A stretch of 64,000 nt of DNA from Candidatus Eiseniibacteriota bacterium (GTDB taxonomy: Bacteria; Eisenbacteria; RBG-16-71-46; CAZAMP01). Below are positions 50,043-59,795 of the stretch, piece after piece. How positions within the stretch are numbered: position 1 is the stretch's first letter; the number at the start of each line of letters is the position of its first letter. Where the stretch lies: assembly GCA_965224245.1 (NCBI GenBank), contig OZ245046.1, positions 1,408,001 to 1,472,000 on the forward strand. The letters are read 5' to 3'. Position numbers and translations under genes: made by a program. Under the pieces are notes generated by a model. The model made no database searches and was not told where the DNA came from. It saw nothing but the letters and a program-made list of their open reading frames with translations.

Positions 50043-53000
50043 ATGCGGAGGACCTCAAGGGTGATCGCCCGGGCGATCACCTCGACCGTGGCCGCGCTGG
50101 CCGTGCTCGCGGTCGTCCCGACGGGCGCCGGTGCGCAGTACTTCGGGAAGAACAAGGTCCAGTACCGCGAGTTCGAGTGGAAGGTGCTCGAGAGCGACCA
50201 CTTCGACCTCTACTTCTACGAGGGCGAGCGCCGCATCGCGGTCGACGCCGCGCGCATCGCCGAACGGGCCTACGACCGGCTGAGCGCCATTCTCGACCAT
50301 GAGTTCGAAGAGAAGATCCCGCTGATCATCTACGCGTCGCACACCGATTTCCAGTCCACGAACGTCTCGCCCGGACACATCAGCGAGGGAACGCAGGGCG
50401 TGACCGAGCTGATGAAGCGCCGCGTGTTCCTGCCGTTCACCGGCTCGTACTCGGAGTTCGTGCACGTGCTGGAGCACGAGCTCGTGCACGCGTTCCAGCT
50501 CGACATCCTCCTGCGTCGGTCCGACTCGGTGCTGGCCACGTCCACGAGCTACATCCCGCCCCTGTGGTGGATGGAGGGCATGGCCGAGTACCTGTCGTTG
50601 ATGGAGATCGACGAGCACACCGAGATGTGGCTGCGTGACGCGGCGCTCTCGGGCTACCTGGTCAGCGTGACCGACATGGCGTACGTCGGCGACATCCGGG
50701 TCTACCGGTTCGGGCAGGCCATCCTCGCCTACATCGGGGAGCGGTTCGGCAACACCAAGATCGGGGAGATCCACAAGGCGTCGCTGCGCACGCGTTCGCT
50801 GGAGCGGGCGATCGAGGACGTGCTCGGCATCTCGATCGAGCGCTTCTCCGAGGACTGGACGCAGCACGTGCGGCGCACGTACCTGCCCACGATCGCCGAC
50901 CACCTCAAGCCGACCGAGTTCGCCCGCCGCCTCACCAACGGTCGGGAGGACCTGGCGAACTTCAACCTCGCCCCGAGCGTGGATCCGGAAGGGCGTCGCT
51001 TCGTCTTCATCTCCGATCGCTCGCTCTACAACGACATCTACCTGGCCAGCGCGATCGATGGACAGGTGGATCGGCGCCTTATCAAGGGCGAGCGGACCGG
51101 CTCGTTCGAGTCGCTCCGCTTTCTCTACGCGAACATCGGCTGGTCTCCCGACGGGCGCGAGCTGGCGCTGGTGGCGAAGGACGGCGGAGAAGACGTCATC
51201 GTGATCTTCGACGTCGAGAGGCGCAAGGAGGTCGAGCGCATTCGACCCGATCTGGACGGCGTCCTCTCGCCCAGCTTCTCGCCCGACGGCGCTCGCATCG
51301 CGTTCAACGGACTCTCCCAGGGGTACTCGGACGTCTACGTGGTGTCGCGCGACGGCGGGGCGCCCGAGCGGCTGACCGCCTCGCGAAACGCCGCGCGGGA
51401 TCCCGTTTGGTCACCCGACGGCAAGTGGATCGCGTTCACGACCGACATCGGCCCGGGCACCGACTTCGACCAGCTCCGGTTCGGCGACTTCGTGATCGGG
51501 CTCTACGAGGTGGCCTCCGGCCGGGTCGTCGTACCGGACGGACAGAGCGGAAAGTGCATCAACCCGCAGTGGTCGCCGGAGGGCGACAAGATCCTCTTCG
51601 TGTCGGATCGCTCCGGGATCTCAAACGTGTACGCGATGTCGCTCGACGGGTCGGACGTGCGCCAGCTCACGAACATCCTCTCGGGCGTGACCGGCATCAC
51701 GTCGCTCTCACCGTGCTTCAGCCTCTCGCGCGACGGCAGCCGTCTGGTCTTCTCCGCGTTCTCGGGCGGCGGCTTCGACGTGTTCGCGATGGACTATCCG
51801 CTGGGAGTGCCCGAGGGCGACGAGGACGCGCCGAGGCCGGCCGCGTGGATCGTGGATGCCCGAGGGCTTCCCGGCGAGGACTTCGGCGAGGTCAGCGGAG
51901 TCGAGGGGACGACGGGGCGCGGAGCGACATCGGATCACGGGAGCGATGCGTCGGCCGCTGCCGTCTCCGAGCCGGGCGACGCCGACCTGATCGCCGACTC
52001 GGCGCCGGGCCGCGTCGAGGAGACCGGCGAGGACGTCGAGCCGTTGGCCGCCGACGTCGGCGACAGCGCTCCCTCCGATCCCACGGGTGCCGACGCCGAC
52101 GCGGACGCCGCAGGGGTGAGCACGTCGACCGGGACGGACGCCGCCGGCGAATCCGGGTCGAGCACGAGCGACATCGTGCCGACCGCGGACGACGTCTTCG
52201 CCACCGCGCGCGCCGACCTCGACGACGTCGTGGAGCCCGACCGGGACATCTACCGTCCCTTCGGCGAGGGCAGCCTCCCCGATTCCTCGAGCTTCAACTA
52301 CCACGACTATCGGCTGCGCTTCAGCCCCGACTTCGTCGCCGCCAACGGGCTCTTCGCATCCAACATCGGCGTGGCCGCCAACACGGCCATCGGCTTCAGC
52401 GACGTGCTCGGAAACCATCAGTTCGTGCTGGGGGCATCGGTGTACGGGTCGCTCCTGGACGCCGACATCTTCCTCAGCTACGCCAACCTGTCGCGGCGCA
52501 CGAACTGGGGCGTCTCCCTGTTCCAGTACCGGAGCGACTTCATCGTCGAGACCGCCGATGCCGACGGCGACAACGACTACATCAGCCAGATCCACCGGGG
52601 CCTCGAGTTCGCCATCAGCCGGCCGTTCAGTCGCTTTCGCCGGCTCGAGCTCGGCGTGGAGTTCCTGGGGATCGAGGAGCGCGTGTTCGGCTCCACGTAC
52701 GTCAGCACCTACGGACCCACCACGTTCATCGACCTGCCCGGAGACGGGGGAAGCCGCTTCTTCACCCGGCCCAGCGCGGCCCTCGTGTCCGACAACGTGA
52801 TCTACGGGAACACCGGCCCCATCTCGGGCTCGCGGTCCCGTCTCGAGGCCAGCCGCGCGGTGGGAGGCGTGGACTTCACGACCTTCTTCGGGGACTATCG
52901 AACGTACCTCAACACGCGGCAGCGCTACGTGGTCGCACTGCGCACGATCGCGGCCACGTCGTTCGGCGTCAATCCGCAGACCTTCCGCATCGGCGGGCCT

Positions 53001-53375
53001 TACACGCTGCGCGGGTACGATTTCGGTGAAGTACGGGGCCACAACGTGGTATTGACCAACCTCGAGTTCCGGTTCCCGCTCATCGACTACGTGAAGCTCG
53101 GTTGGCCGCTGCCGATCGGCTTCCAGGGTATCCGCGGCCTCATGTTCTTCGACGTGGGGGCGGCCTGGGACGACGCCGAGGGCTTCAAGCCGATCGGCGG
53201 CCAGGAGGGCCGCTCGGGGTTCTATCTCAACGACATCCAGGCGTCCTACGGGTTCGGCATGCGGATGAACGTCTTCGGGTTCCTCATCGCGCGATGGGAC
53301 ATCGCCCGCAAGACCGACATCAAGAGCGTGCGCGGCCCGTGGCTCGGGCGCTTTGCCCTGGGTGCGGAGTTCTGA
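50043..53375 (+). CDS. Omp85-family outer-membrane protein with N-terminal zincin-like domain and PD40 propeller
   Basis: QYFGKNKVQY, HELVH + EGMAEY, WSPDG repeats, LRGY, C-terminal GAEF. Confidence 0.85.
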   Translation: MRRTSRVIARAITSTVAALAVLAVVPTGAGAQYFGKNKVQYREFEWKVLESDHFDLYFYEGERRIAVDAARIAERAYDRLSAILDHEFEEKIPLIIYASHTDFQSTNVSPGHISEGTQGVTELMKRRVFLPFTGSYSEFVHVLEHELVHAFQLDILLRRSDSVLATSTSYIPPLWWMEGMAEYLSLMEIDEHTEMWLRDAALSGYLVSVTDMAYVGDIRVYRFGQAILAYIGERFGNTKIGEIHKASLRTRSLERAIEDVLGISIERFSEDWTQHVRRTYLPTIADHLKPTEFARRLTNGREDLANFNLAPSVDPEGRRFVFISDRSLYNDIYLASAIDGQVDRRLIKGERTGSFESLRFLYANIGWSPDGRELALVAKDGGEDVIVIFDVERRKEVERIRPDLDGVLSPSFSPDGARIAFNGLSQGYSDVYVVSRDGGAPERLTASRNAARDPVWSPDGKWIAFTTDIGPGTDFDQLRFGDFVIGLYEVASGRVVVPDGQSGKCINPQWSPEGDKILFVSDRSGISNVYAMSLDGSDVRQLTNILSGVTGITSLSPCFSLSRDGSRLVFSAFSGGGFDVFAMDYPLGVPEGDEDAPRPAAWIVDARGLPGEDFGEVSGVEGTTGRGATSDHGSDASAAAVSEPGDADLIADSAPGRVEETGEDVEPLAADVGDSAPSDPTGADADADAAGVSTSTGTDAAGESGSSTSDIVPTADDVFATARADLDDVVEPDRDIYRPFGEGSLPDSSSFNYHDYRLRFSPDFVAANGLFASNIGVAANTAIGFSDVLGNHQFVLGASVYGSLLDADIFLSYANLSRRTNWGVSLFQYRSDFIVETADADGDNDYISQIHRGLEFAISRPFSRFRRLELGVEFLGIEERVFGSTYVSTYGPTTFIDLPGDGGSRFFTRPSAALVSDNVIYGNTGPISGSRSRLEASRAVGGVDFTTFFGDYRTYLNTRQRYVVALRTIAATSFGVNPQTFRIGGPYTLRGYDFGEVRGHNVVLTNLEFRFPLIDYVKLGWPLPIGFQGIRGLMFFDVGAAWDDAEGFKPIGGQEGRSGFYLNDIQASYGFGMRMNVFGFLIARWDIARKTDIKSVRGPWLGRFALGAEF

Positions 53376-53381
53376 TCACAC

Positions 53382-55235
53382 ATGACGCGATGGATCCTAG
53401 TCGCGCCCGTCGTGCTCGCGCTTCTCGGCGCGGGCACGAGCACGGCGCAGATCATGGAAGATCCGACGCTACCGGCCGCGCGCTCGGGCGTCGACGACAC
53501 CCGCTGGTCGAACCTGCTCAGCGAGAACGAGGGCGTCAACGCGATCCTGAACTGCGAGTTCGATCGCGCGAACGCGTACTTCGAGGAGATGCGCCGAGCC
53601 GATCCGCAGTCGCCGGCGGCCGAGCTGGGCCTCGGACTCTCGGACTGGTGGCACATGGTGGCCGGCGGGTCGGACGTGAGCGCCGAGGACATCGAGGCGC
53701 ACCTCGAGCAGGTCATCAAGCTGGCCAAGAAGCACACCCGCAACGGCGGTGAGCGCGCCGAGGCGCTGTACTACTCCGGCCGCGCGAACTCGCTCCTGTC
53801 GAGCCTGTACCTGATGTACAACGACAAGCTGAAGGCCGCTCGCGCGGCCCAGCGCACGCGCTCGTACCTGGAGAAGTGCCTGGACGAGGACCCGGAGTTC
53901 CACGACGCGAATCTCGGCCTGGGGCTCTACCACTACTACGCCGACGCGCTGCCCAAGTTCTTCAAGCTCCTCGGATGGGTCTTCGGCGTGCGGGGCGATC
54001 GCGAGCAGGGGCTCGCCGAGCTGCGCGATGCGCTGGCCAACGGCGGCACCACGGGGGCCGAGGCGGCCTACTTCCTGACGAACGTGCTCACCAACTTCGA
54101 GCGTGAGCCCGACGATGCGCTGTCGCTGATCCGCTGGCTCATCCAGACGTATCCGAACAACCACATCTTCTTCCTCGAGTACCAGAACGTGCTCGAGTCA
54201 CTCGGATACTACCGCGAGGCCGAGGCCAACCTGCGACGCGAGATGGCCCCGGGGGCGCGGTTCCACGATCGGCGGACCCTGCACATGATGCTCGGGCGCA
54301 ATCTCTATCGCCAGGCGCGCTACGCCGAGGGCGCCGAGGTGCTGGAGGCTCAGCTTCCCAAGGTGCCCAGCGAGAACCGACCCGCCGAGCCCTGGTTCTA
54401 TTACTTCGCCGGACGCTGCCGCGATCTCATGGGGGACCGTGCGGCGGCCGAGCGCCACTACGCGGCCGCCGAGTCGTACAAGACCGGCGGCAACGTGGGG
54501 ATCCTGGCCGAGGATCGCCGGAAGAACCCGGAGGCCACGATCGATCGTCGCCTTCGAGTGGCCCGGGGGCTCACCCGGCAGCTGGGGCGTGGAGGCGAGG
54601 CCGCCCGGGCGTGGGCGACGCTGGTGTCCGACGTCGATGCCGAGCGCGTCAGCACGGACGTCTCCCGGGACGTGCTCGTGTTCCGGGAGGCGCTCTCGTG
54701 GGAGGAGGACGGGGCGTATGCCACCGCCGAGGCCCGATATCGTGCCGTCGGCGCCCACCACGAGCTGGGGGGGCGCGCCGGGCTCGGCATCGCGCGGAGC
54801 CGCTGGCGCACCGGAGACGTTGACGGGGCGATCGCGCTCCTCGACTCGCTGGCGGCCGATCCCGACTTCGGCGCCCGGGGTACCGCACGGCGGCTGACGA
54901 ACGCGCTGGGTGACGGCTGCCGTCCCGATTCGATCGCCGCCGCGGGCGGCCTCGACGTCCGCTACGTCGACCCCGAGGCGTGGGTGGTCGACGTCGTGTG
55001 CCGGGACGAGGACGGCGGTGAGATCTGTGCGCCGCTCCGATTCGAGCAGGGCGCCTGGGTCGGCTCGTTGCCCGTTGCGGGCGAACAGGTGCGCTACTAC
55101 TATCGCGTCGACGGGTTCCGGCGGGAGCCCGATCCCCTGGCGCGGTGGGAACGCGGATCGGACAACGCGATCTGGTCGGTCGCCGCATGGTCGCCGCCAA
55201 TCGACAGTGAATGGCCCAGACTCTCCGCACGCTGA
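53382..55235 (+). CDS. Secreted TPR protein with small C-terminal CBM48/AMPK-CBM-like domain
   Basis: Signal peptide; TPR helices; YYYRVDG...DP. Confidence 0.65.
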   Translation: MTRWILVAPVVLALLGAGTSTAQIMEDPTLPAARSGVDDTRWSNLLSENEGVNAILNCEFDRANAYFEEMRRADPQSPAAELGLGLSDWWHMVAGGSDVSAEDIEAHLEQVIKLAKKHTRNGGERAEALYYSGRANSLLSSLYLMYNDKLKAARAAQRTRSYLEKCLDEDPEFHDANLGLGLYHYYADALPKFFKLLGWVFGVRGDREQGLAELRDALANGGTTGAEAAYFLTNVLTNFEREPDDALSLIRWLIQTYPNNHIFFLEYQNVLESLGYYREAEANLRREMAPGARFHDRRTLHMMLGRNLYRQARYAEGAEVLEAQLPKVPSENRPAEPWFYYFAGRCRDLMGDRAAAERHYAAAESYKTGGNVGILAEDRRKNPEATIDRRLRVARGLTRQLGRGGEAARAWATLVSDVDAERVSTDVSRDVLVFREALSWEEDGAYATAEARYRAVGAHHELGGRAGLGIARSRWRTGDVDGAIALLDSLAADPDFGARGTARRLTNALGDGCRPDSIAAAGGLDVRYVDPEAWVVDVVCRDEDGGEICAPLRFEQGAWVGSLPVAGEQVRYYYRVDGFRREPDPLARWERGSDNAIWSVAAWSPPIDSEWPRLSAR

Positions 55236-57316
55236 CACTCGTCTTCCTGGTCGCGGCCGTCGCGTTCGTCACGCGATGGCCGCTCTCATCGGCGGTCACC
55301 TCCGAGGCCGCTCTCGCACCCGAAACGGTCGCCACGGCGGTGGCGCGACTCGCGCCGCCCACGCGCGGCGCCGCCGACGCCGTCCCGACCCGCATTCCGA
55401 TCCTCGCGCCCGAGGCGCTCCGGCTCTTCTACGCGGCGACCGCACGGTCGACGGGGTCGACACCCCCGAGGAACGCCGCGCTGGCCCTGGCCGCCGGCTT
55501 CCACGCGGGCGAGCCCGAGGCGGTGATCGCGGCGCGCCGGCTCTGGCTGGCTCTCGACGCGGTCGTGCTGGCGCTCCTCGTGATCGCCGGACACGCGACC
55601 GGGCGGATCCTCGCGGAGCGCGGCGTGCTCGCCCACCGCGGCGTCTCCGCGAGCGCGTCGGTCTCCACGGGCGCCGTCGCCGTCGTGGACGCGCCCGTGC
55701 CGAGCGACCGGCTCGCGCGCCGCATCGTCTCCTGGCTGCCCGCTCTGCTGTATGCCCTGTCGCCGGCGGCGGCGGCTCAGGTCGTGGGAGTGTCGCCGAC
55801 AGTGCCGGCTCTGGTCCTGGCGCTGGGATCGGCGGCGCTGCTTCTCACGCGTCGCCCGCCGGGCGTGGGGCGGGTTCTGATGGGAGGCGGGTTCGCCGGG
55901 ATGGCGGTGGCCGCACACCCCGCGGGCGTCGTGCTTCTGCCGCTCGCGCTCACGCTTGCCGCGAGAGGCGAGCGGCACCGCGCGGTCACGTCGGTCGCCG
56001 TCGTCGTCATCGCGCTCGTGATCGGAACGCTCCTCGGTGACCCGCGGATCGCGAACGACGCCCGGATTCTGACGGACCGCGCCGTGACGGCGCTGACGCG
56101 CGTGGGGCCGTTCGGTGTGGATCCGGCCGTCGTGGCGCTGGGACGGGCGGTGGGGGTCCTGGGGGCCGTGATCGCCTGCGTCGGCGTGTGGCGGCTGGCG
56201 GCGTGCCGGGCGGGACGTCCGGTGCTGCTCGCGGTGGGGCTCCCGGTGGCGATCGCGGCGACGGTGCGCGTCGGGGGGGCGGTGCCGCTCGTCTTGCCGC
56301 TGGCGTTTCTGCTGGTCGCGGCGGGGGCGGCGGTTGCGGTCTCGGTCACGACGTCGCACCGACCGGCGCTGGTCGCGGCCGTCGTGGGGGCGACCCTCGT
56401 GGGGCCGGCGCTGGGCGCGTCGGACACGCTGGCCCGGGCGCGGCGGGGGGATGCCCGCGACGCGGCCCGCGCCTGGCTCGCCGCGTCGCTACCGGACTCG
56501 GCGCGGGTCGTGGTCACCCCGTACGGGCCGTCTCTCGACGATCGGCGCACGCGTTTCAGCTTGCCGTTCGACTCGGTCAATCCGGAGCGGTTCGCCGGCG
56601 CCTACGATCTCCGCTGGTACGACGGCTTCGACACGTTCGTGGTGTCGGATGCGCTCTTCGATCGCTATGCGCGCGATCCCGAGCGGCACACGGCGCCGCT
56701 CCGGTTCCTGCACGAGCTGCGTGCATCGTGCCGGAAGCTGGCCACATTCGACGACACCGAGTATCTCGGGAGCACGGTGGAGGTGTTCGCGCGGACGCAC
56801 CGCGCGCCCCTGACCGGTCTGGAGACGCTGCTGGCCCGCCCGGCTCCCGACCCGGTCAGCGCGGAGTTTCACCTGTCGCTGGGAAGCGCCTACTTCCGGA
56901 TCGGGCACCGATCGCATGCGATCGCGCTCTTCGAGATCGCCGCGCAGATCGCGCCCACCGATCCGCGCGTGGCGGTGAACCTGGGTGGGGCGTACATCGA
57001 GGAGGGCCGCCTGATGGAGGCCGATCAGCTCCTTCGGGACGCGGTGCGCGCGCATCCCGAGGCGGCGCTCGTACGGTATCAGTACGGACGGGTGAAGGCG
57101 AAGCGCCGGCTGTGGGGCGAGGCGATCGCCGAGTACAAGTTCGCGGTGCGCCGCGACCCCACGTTCCTGGAGGCACATTTCAACCTCGCGTCGGCCTACC
57201 TCGAGGTGGGCAACCTCGAGGGAGCGACCGGGGGATTCCGCCGCGTGATCGAGCTGGGCGGTGACAGCCCGCTGGCCGAGCGGGCGCGCGCCGTGCTGGC
57301 ACAGCTGGAGCCGTGA
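55211..57316 (+). CDS. Polytopic membrane protein (GT-C-like) with C-terminal TPRs
   Basis: Multiple TM segments, ARAWLAASLP periplasmic domain, four TPRs. Confidence 0.6.
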   Translation: MAQTLRTLTLVFLVAAVAFVTRWPLSSAVTSEAALAPETVATAVARLAPPTRGAADAVPTRIPILAPEALRLFYAATARSTGSTPPRNAALALAAGFHAGEPEAVIAARRLWLALDAVVLALLVIAGHATGRILAERGVLAHRGVSASASVSTGAVAVVDAPVPSDRLARRIVSWLPALLYALSPAAAAQVVGVSPTVPALVLALGSAALLLTRRPPGVGRVLMGGGFAGMAVAAHPAGVVLLPLALTLAARGERHRAVTSVAVVVIALVIGTLLGDPRIANDARILTDRAVTALTRVGPFGVDPAVVALGRAVGVLGAVIACVGVWRLAACRAGRPVLLAVGLPVAIAATVRVGGAVPLVLPLAFLLVAAGAAVAVSVTTSHRPALVAAVVGATLVGPALGASDTLARARRGDARDAARAWLAASLPDSARVVVTPYGPSLDDRRTRFSLPFDSVNPERFAGAYDLRWYDGFDTFVVSDALFDRYARDPERHTAPLRFLHELRASCRKLATFDDTEYLGSTVEVFARTHRAPLTGLETLLARPAPDPVSAEFHLSLGSAYFRIGHRSHAIALFEIAAQIAPTDPRVAVNLGGAYIEEGRLMEADQLLRDAVRAHPEAALVRYQYGRVKAKRRLWGEAIAEYKFAVRRDPTFLEAHFNLASAYLEVGNLEGATGGFRRVIELGGDSPLAERARAVLAQLEP

Positions 57317-58329
57317 TGCGATTCGCCGTCCGCCCGCCCAACTGGCTCGGCGACGCGGTGATGTCGTTGCCCGCGCTGGCGGACCTCGAGTCGACGTTTC
57401 CCGACGCGGGCATCGACTACTTCGTGACGCCGGCGGCCGCGGAGGTGTGCGAGCGTGCCCGGCTCCGCGGTCGTGCGGTTCGGCTGGACACTCGCGGGCG
57501 CGCGCGACTGCTCGCCGGCGCGCTGGGCGCGCTCCGGCGCACCTCCTACGACGCCGGCCTCGTGCTGCCTCCGTCGTTCTCGTCCGCGCTCCTGTTCCGG
57601 GCGGGCGGAGTTCCCGAGTGCGTCGGCTTCTCCTCGGACGCGCGCGACTGGCTCCTGGCCCATGCCGAGCGGCGCGTCCCTCGCGGCCAGCGCCACCTGC
57701 GCGACGAGTATCGCGATCTGGTGCGCGCGCTGGCGCGGCGGCGGGGCGCCGAGTCCGCGAACGCCGACGAGCCGATGCTCGTGCCTCGCCCCGAGGACCG
57801 AGACCGGATCGCCGTACGACTGGGAGCGGTCCCTCGCCCATGGATCGTCCTGGCGCCGGGGGCAGTCTACGGACCGACGAAGCGCTGGCCGGCGTCCCGG
57901 TTCGCCGCTCTCGCCGACGTGCTCCACACACGACACGGCGGGACGACGCTCGTGGTCGGCGCGGGCGGGGACGCCGTGGTGGCCGCGGAGGTGGAGCGGG
58001 CCGCGGAGACGACGCTCGTGAACCTTGCCGGCGCATCCACGCTGGGAGAGCTGATCGCGCTCCTGGCCGACGCCGACGTCGTCGTCTCGAACGACTCGGG
58101 GGCGATGCACGTGGCCGGGGCCGTGAACGCGCCCCTGGTGGCGATCTTCGGCTCGACGAACCCCGAGTGGACGTCACCGGCCGGCCGTCGGGTGACGATC
58201 GTGCGTCGCGACGAGCCCTGCGCGCCGTGCTATCGACCTGACTGCGCGATCGGGATCGTCTGCCTCACGCGGATCGACGTGGGCGAGATCGCCGACGCCG
58301 CCTCGCGCGCCCTGGGAGCCGCGTCGTGA
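57316..58329 (+). CDS. waaF: ADP-heptose:LPS heptosyltransferase II (GT9)
   Basis: PNWLGDAVM, APGAVYGPTKRWP, SNDSGAMHVA, AIFGST. Confidence 0.9.
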   Translation: MRFAVRPPNWLGDAVMSLPALADLESTFPDAGIDYFVTPAAAEVCERARLRGRAVRLDTRGRARLLAGALGALRRTSYDAGLVLPPSFSSALLFRAGGVPECVGFSSDARDWLLAHAERRVPRGQRHLRDEYRDLVRALARRRGAESANADEPMLVPRPEDRDRIAVRLGAVPRPWIVLAPGAVYGPTKRWPASRFAALADVLHTRHGGTTLVVGAGGDAVVAAEVERAAETTLVNLAGASTLGELIALLADADVVVSNDSGAMHVAGAVNAPLVAIFGSTNPEWTSPAGRRVTIVRRDEPCAPCYRPDCAIGIVCLTRIDVGEIADAASRALGAAS

Positions 58330-58910
58330 CGCCGCGCCCGGTCGTCTTCGTCGATCGCGACGGGACGCTGAACGAGAACGTCGGGCACCTCGCCGATCCC
58401 CGGCGGCTCCGGCTGCTGCCAGGGGCCGCCGACGCCGTGCGGCGGCTCAACCGGGCGGAGATCGCGGTCGTCGTGGTCACGAATCAGTCGGTCATCGCCA
58501 GAGGCCTCGGCCGCCCCGCCGACGTGGCGCGCGTCAACGACGCGCTGGTGACGGCGCTCGCGTCCGGCGGCGCTCGCCTCGACGGCATCTACCTGTGTCC
58601 CCACCATCCCGACTTCGATCGGGTGTGCGCGTGTCGCAAGCCGGGCACCGAGCTTCTGGCCCGAGCGGTGCGCGATCTGGGCCTGGACTGGCGCCGAGCT
58701 GCGATCGTGGGGGATGGGCCGGGAGACATCGAGGCCGGTCGCCGCGTCGGCATCACGAGCGTGCTCGTGTCGACCGGTCACGGCCGCGAGGTGGCCGCCG
58801 AGGCGCCCTGGGAGCCCGGTCCGGGACCGGATGCGATCGTCGCCGGCATCGGCGACGCGGTCAGCTGGCTGCTCGGCTCGGGCGCGTTCGATCTCATCGA
58901 AGACGACTGA
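58326..58910 (+). CDS. gmhB: D-glycero-D-manno-heptose-1,7-bisphosphate phosphatase
   Basis: DRDGT, TNQS, CPHHP, CRKP, GD..DI. Confidence 0.9.
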   Translation: MTPRPVVFVDRDGTLNENVGHLADPRRLRLLPGAADAVRRLNRAEIAVVVVTNQSVIARGLGRPADVARVNDALVTALASGGARLDGIYLCPHHPDFDRVCACRKPGTELLARAVRDLGLDWRRAAIVGDGPGDIEAGRRVGITSVLVSTGHGREVAAEAPWEPGPGPDAIVAGIGDAVSWLLGSGAFDLIEDD

Positions 58911-58952
58911 CGTCCGGGATCGGCGCTGCCACGAGACGGGAGAGGGGCAGGC

Positions 58953-59795
58953 CTACGGAACCTGTCCCCACAGGCGCAGCCCGATGTAGATCGACGCGCC
59001 CACGACCACCACCGCACCCGCCATCACCGCCACGCGCAGCCCCGCGGGCGGTGTCTCGGCGCCCTGTGCGATGCGCTCGATGTGGCTGGGGGCCTTGACG
59101 ACCTCGGCGACGCCGGCGTCCACGAGACCCTGGAGCATCGGCACCATGTCGTTTCGCGGCAGGCGCGTCGCGTCCAGGATACGGCCCACCGTGTTGCGTC
59201 CGTCCACCAGACGCAGGAGCGCCCCGTGTACGTGGTTCTCGGGCACCGGACGCTGGCCGGGCTTGATGCGCGGCGTGCACAGGAGCGGGAGGCTCTCGGA
59301 GAGCGTGAGGTTCGTCTCGTCCGAACGTCGTCCCGCCTCCATCATGATGAACTCGGTCTTCTCCGCCAGTGGGATGGCGAAGAGCCGCTCGGTCTGGTGT
59401 GACTCGAACGACAGGAACCCGTCGCGCGCCTCCATCAGCTGATCGACGACACCCTGCGTGTGGAGCAACAGCAGCTCCTCGAGCGTCTCGCGCGTCGCGA
59501 TGCCGACCTCCATCAGGTGCTCGAGTGGATCCCGGTTCGGGTTCTCGACCTGCCAGCCGGCCAGGATCTTCCAGTGCTCGGGCGGAATGATCCGGAGCTC
59601 TTTCAGCAGCGCGACGAACGAGTCGTCGGGGTCGGCTCCCGGGCGCCGAGCCTGGAGGAGGTTTCCGCGATTGAAGTACAGCACGAACGTCCCGTCGTCG
59701 GTGGAGACGTCCAGGTGTCCCGACTTCTCCTGCCGGGCGATGAAGCCCAGGGCCTCGCTCGCCGGAAGGTCTCGCAGCTGCCCGTTCAGCGCCAT
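58953..59795 (-). CDS. DUF4388 (PATAN-like) domain protein with C-terminal TM
   Basis: MALNGQLRDLPASEALGFIARQEKSGHL; MEAGRRSDE; VDGRNTV. Confidence 0.75.
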   Translation of the reverse strand: MALNGQLRDLPASEALGFIARQEKSGHLDVSTDDGTFVLYFNRGNLLQARRPGADPDDSFVALLKELRIIPPEHWKILAGWQVENPNRDPLEHLMEVGIATRETLEELLLLHTQGVVDQLMEARDGFLSFESHQTERLFAIPLAEKTEFIMMEAGRRSDETNLTLSESLPLLCTPRIKPGQRPVPENHVHGALLRLVDGRNTVGRILDATRLPRNDMVPMLQGLVDAGVAEVVKAPSHIERIAQGAETPPAGLRVAVMAGAVVVVGASIYIGLRLWGQVP

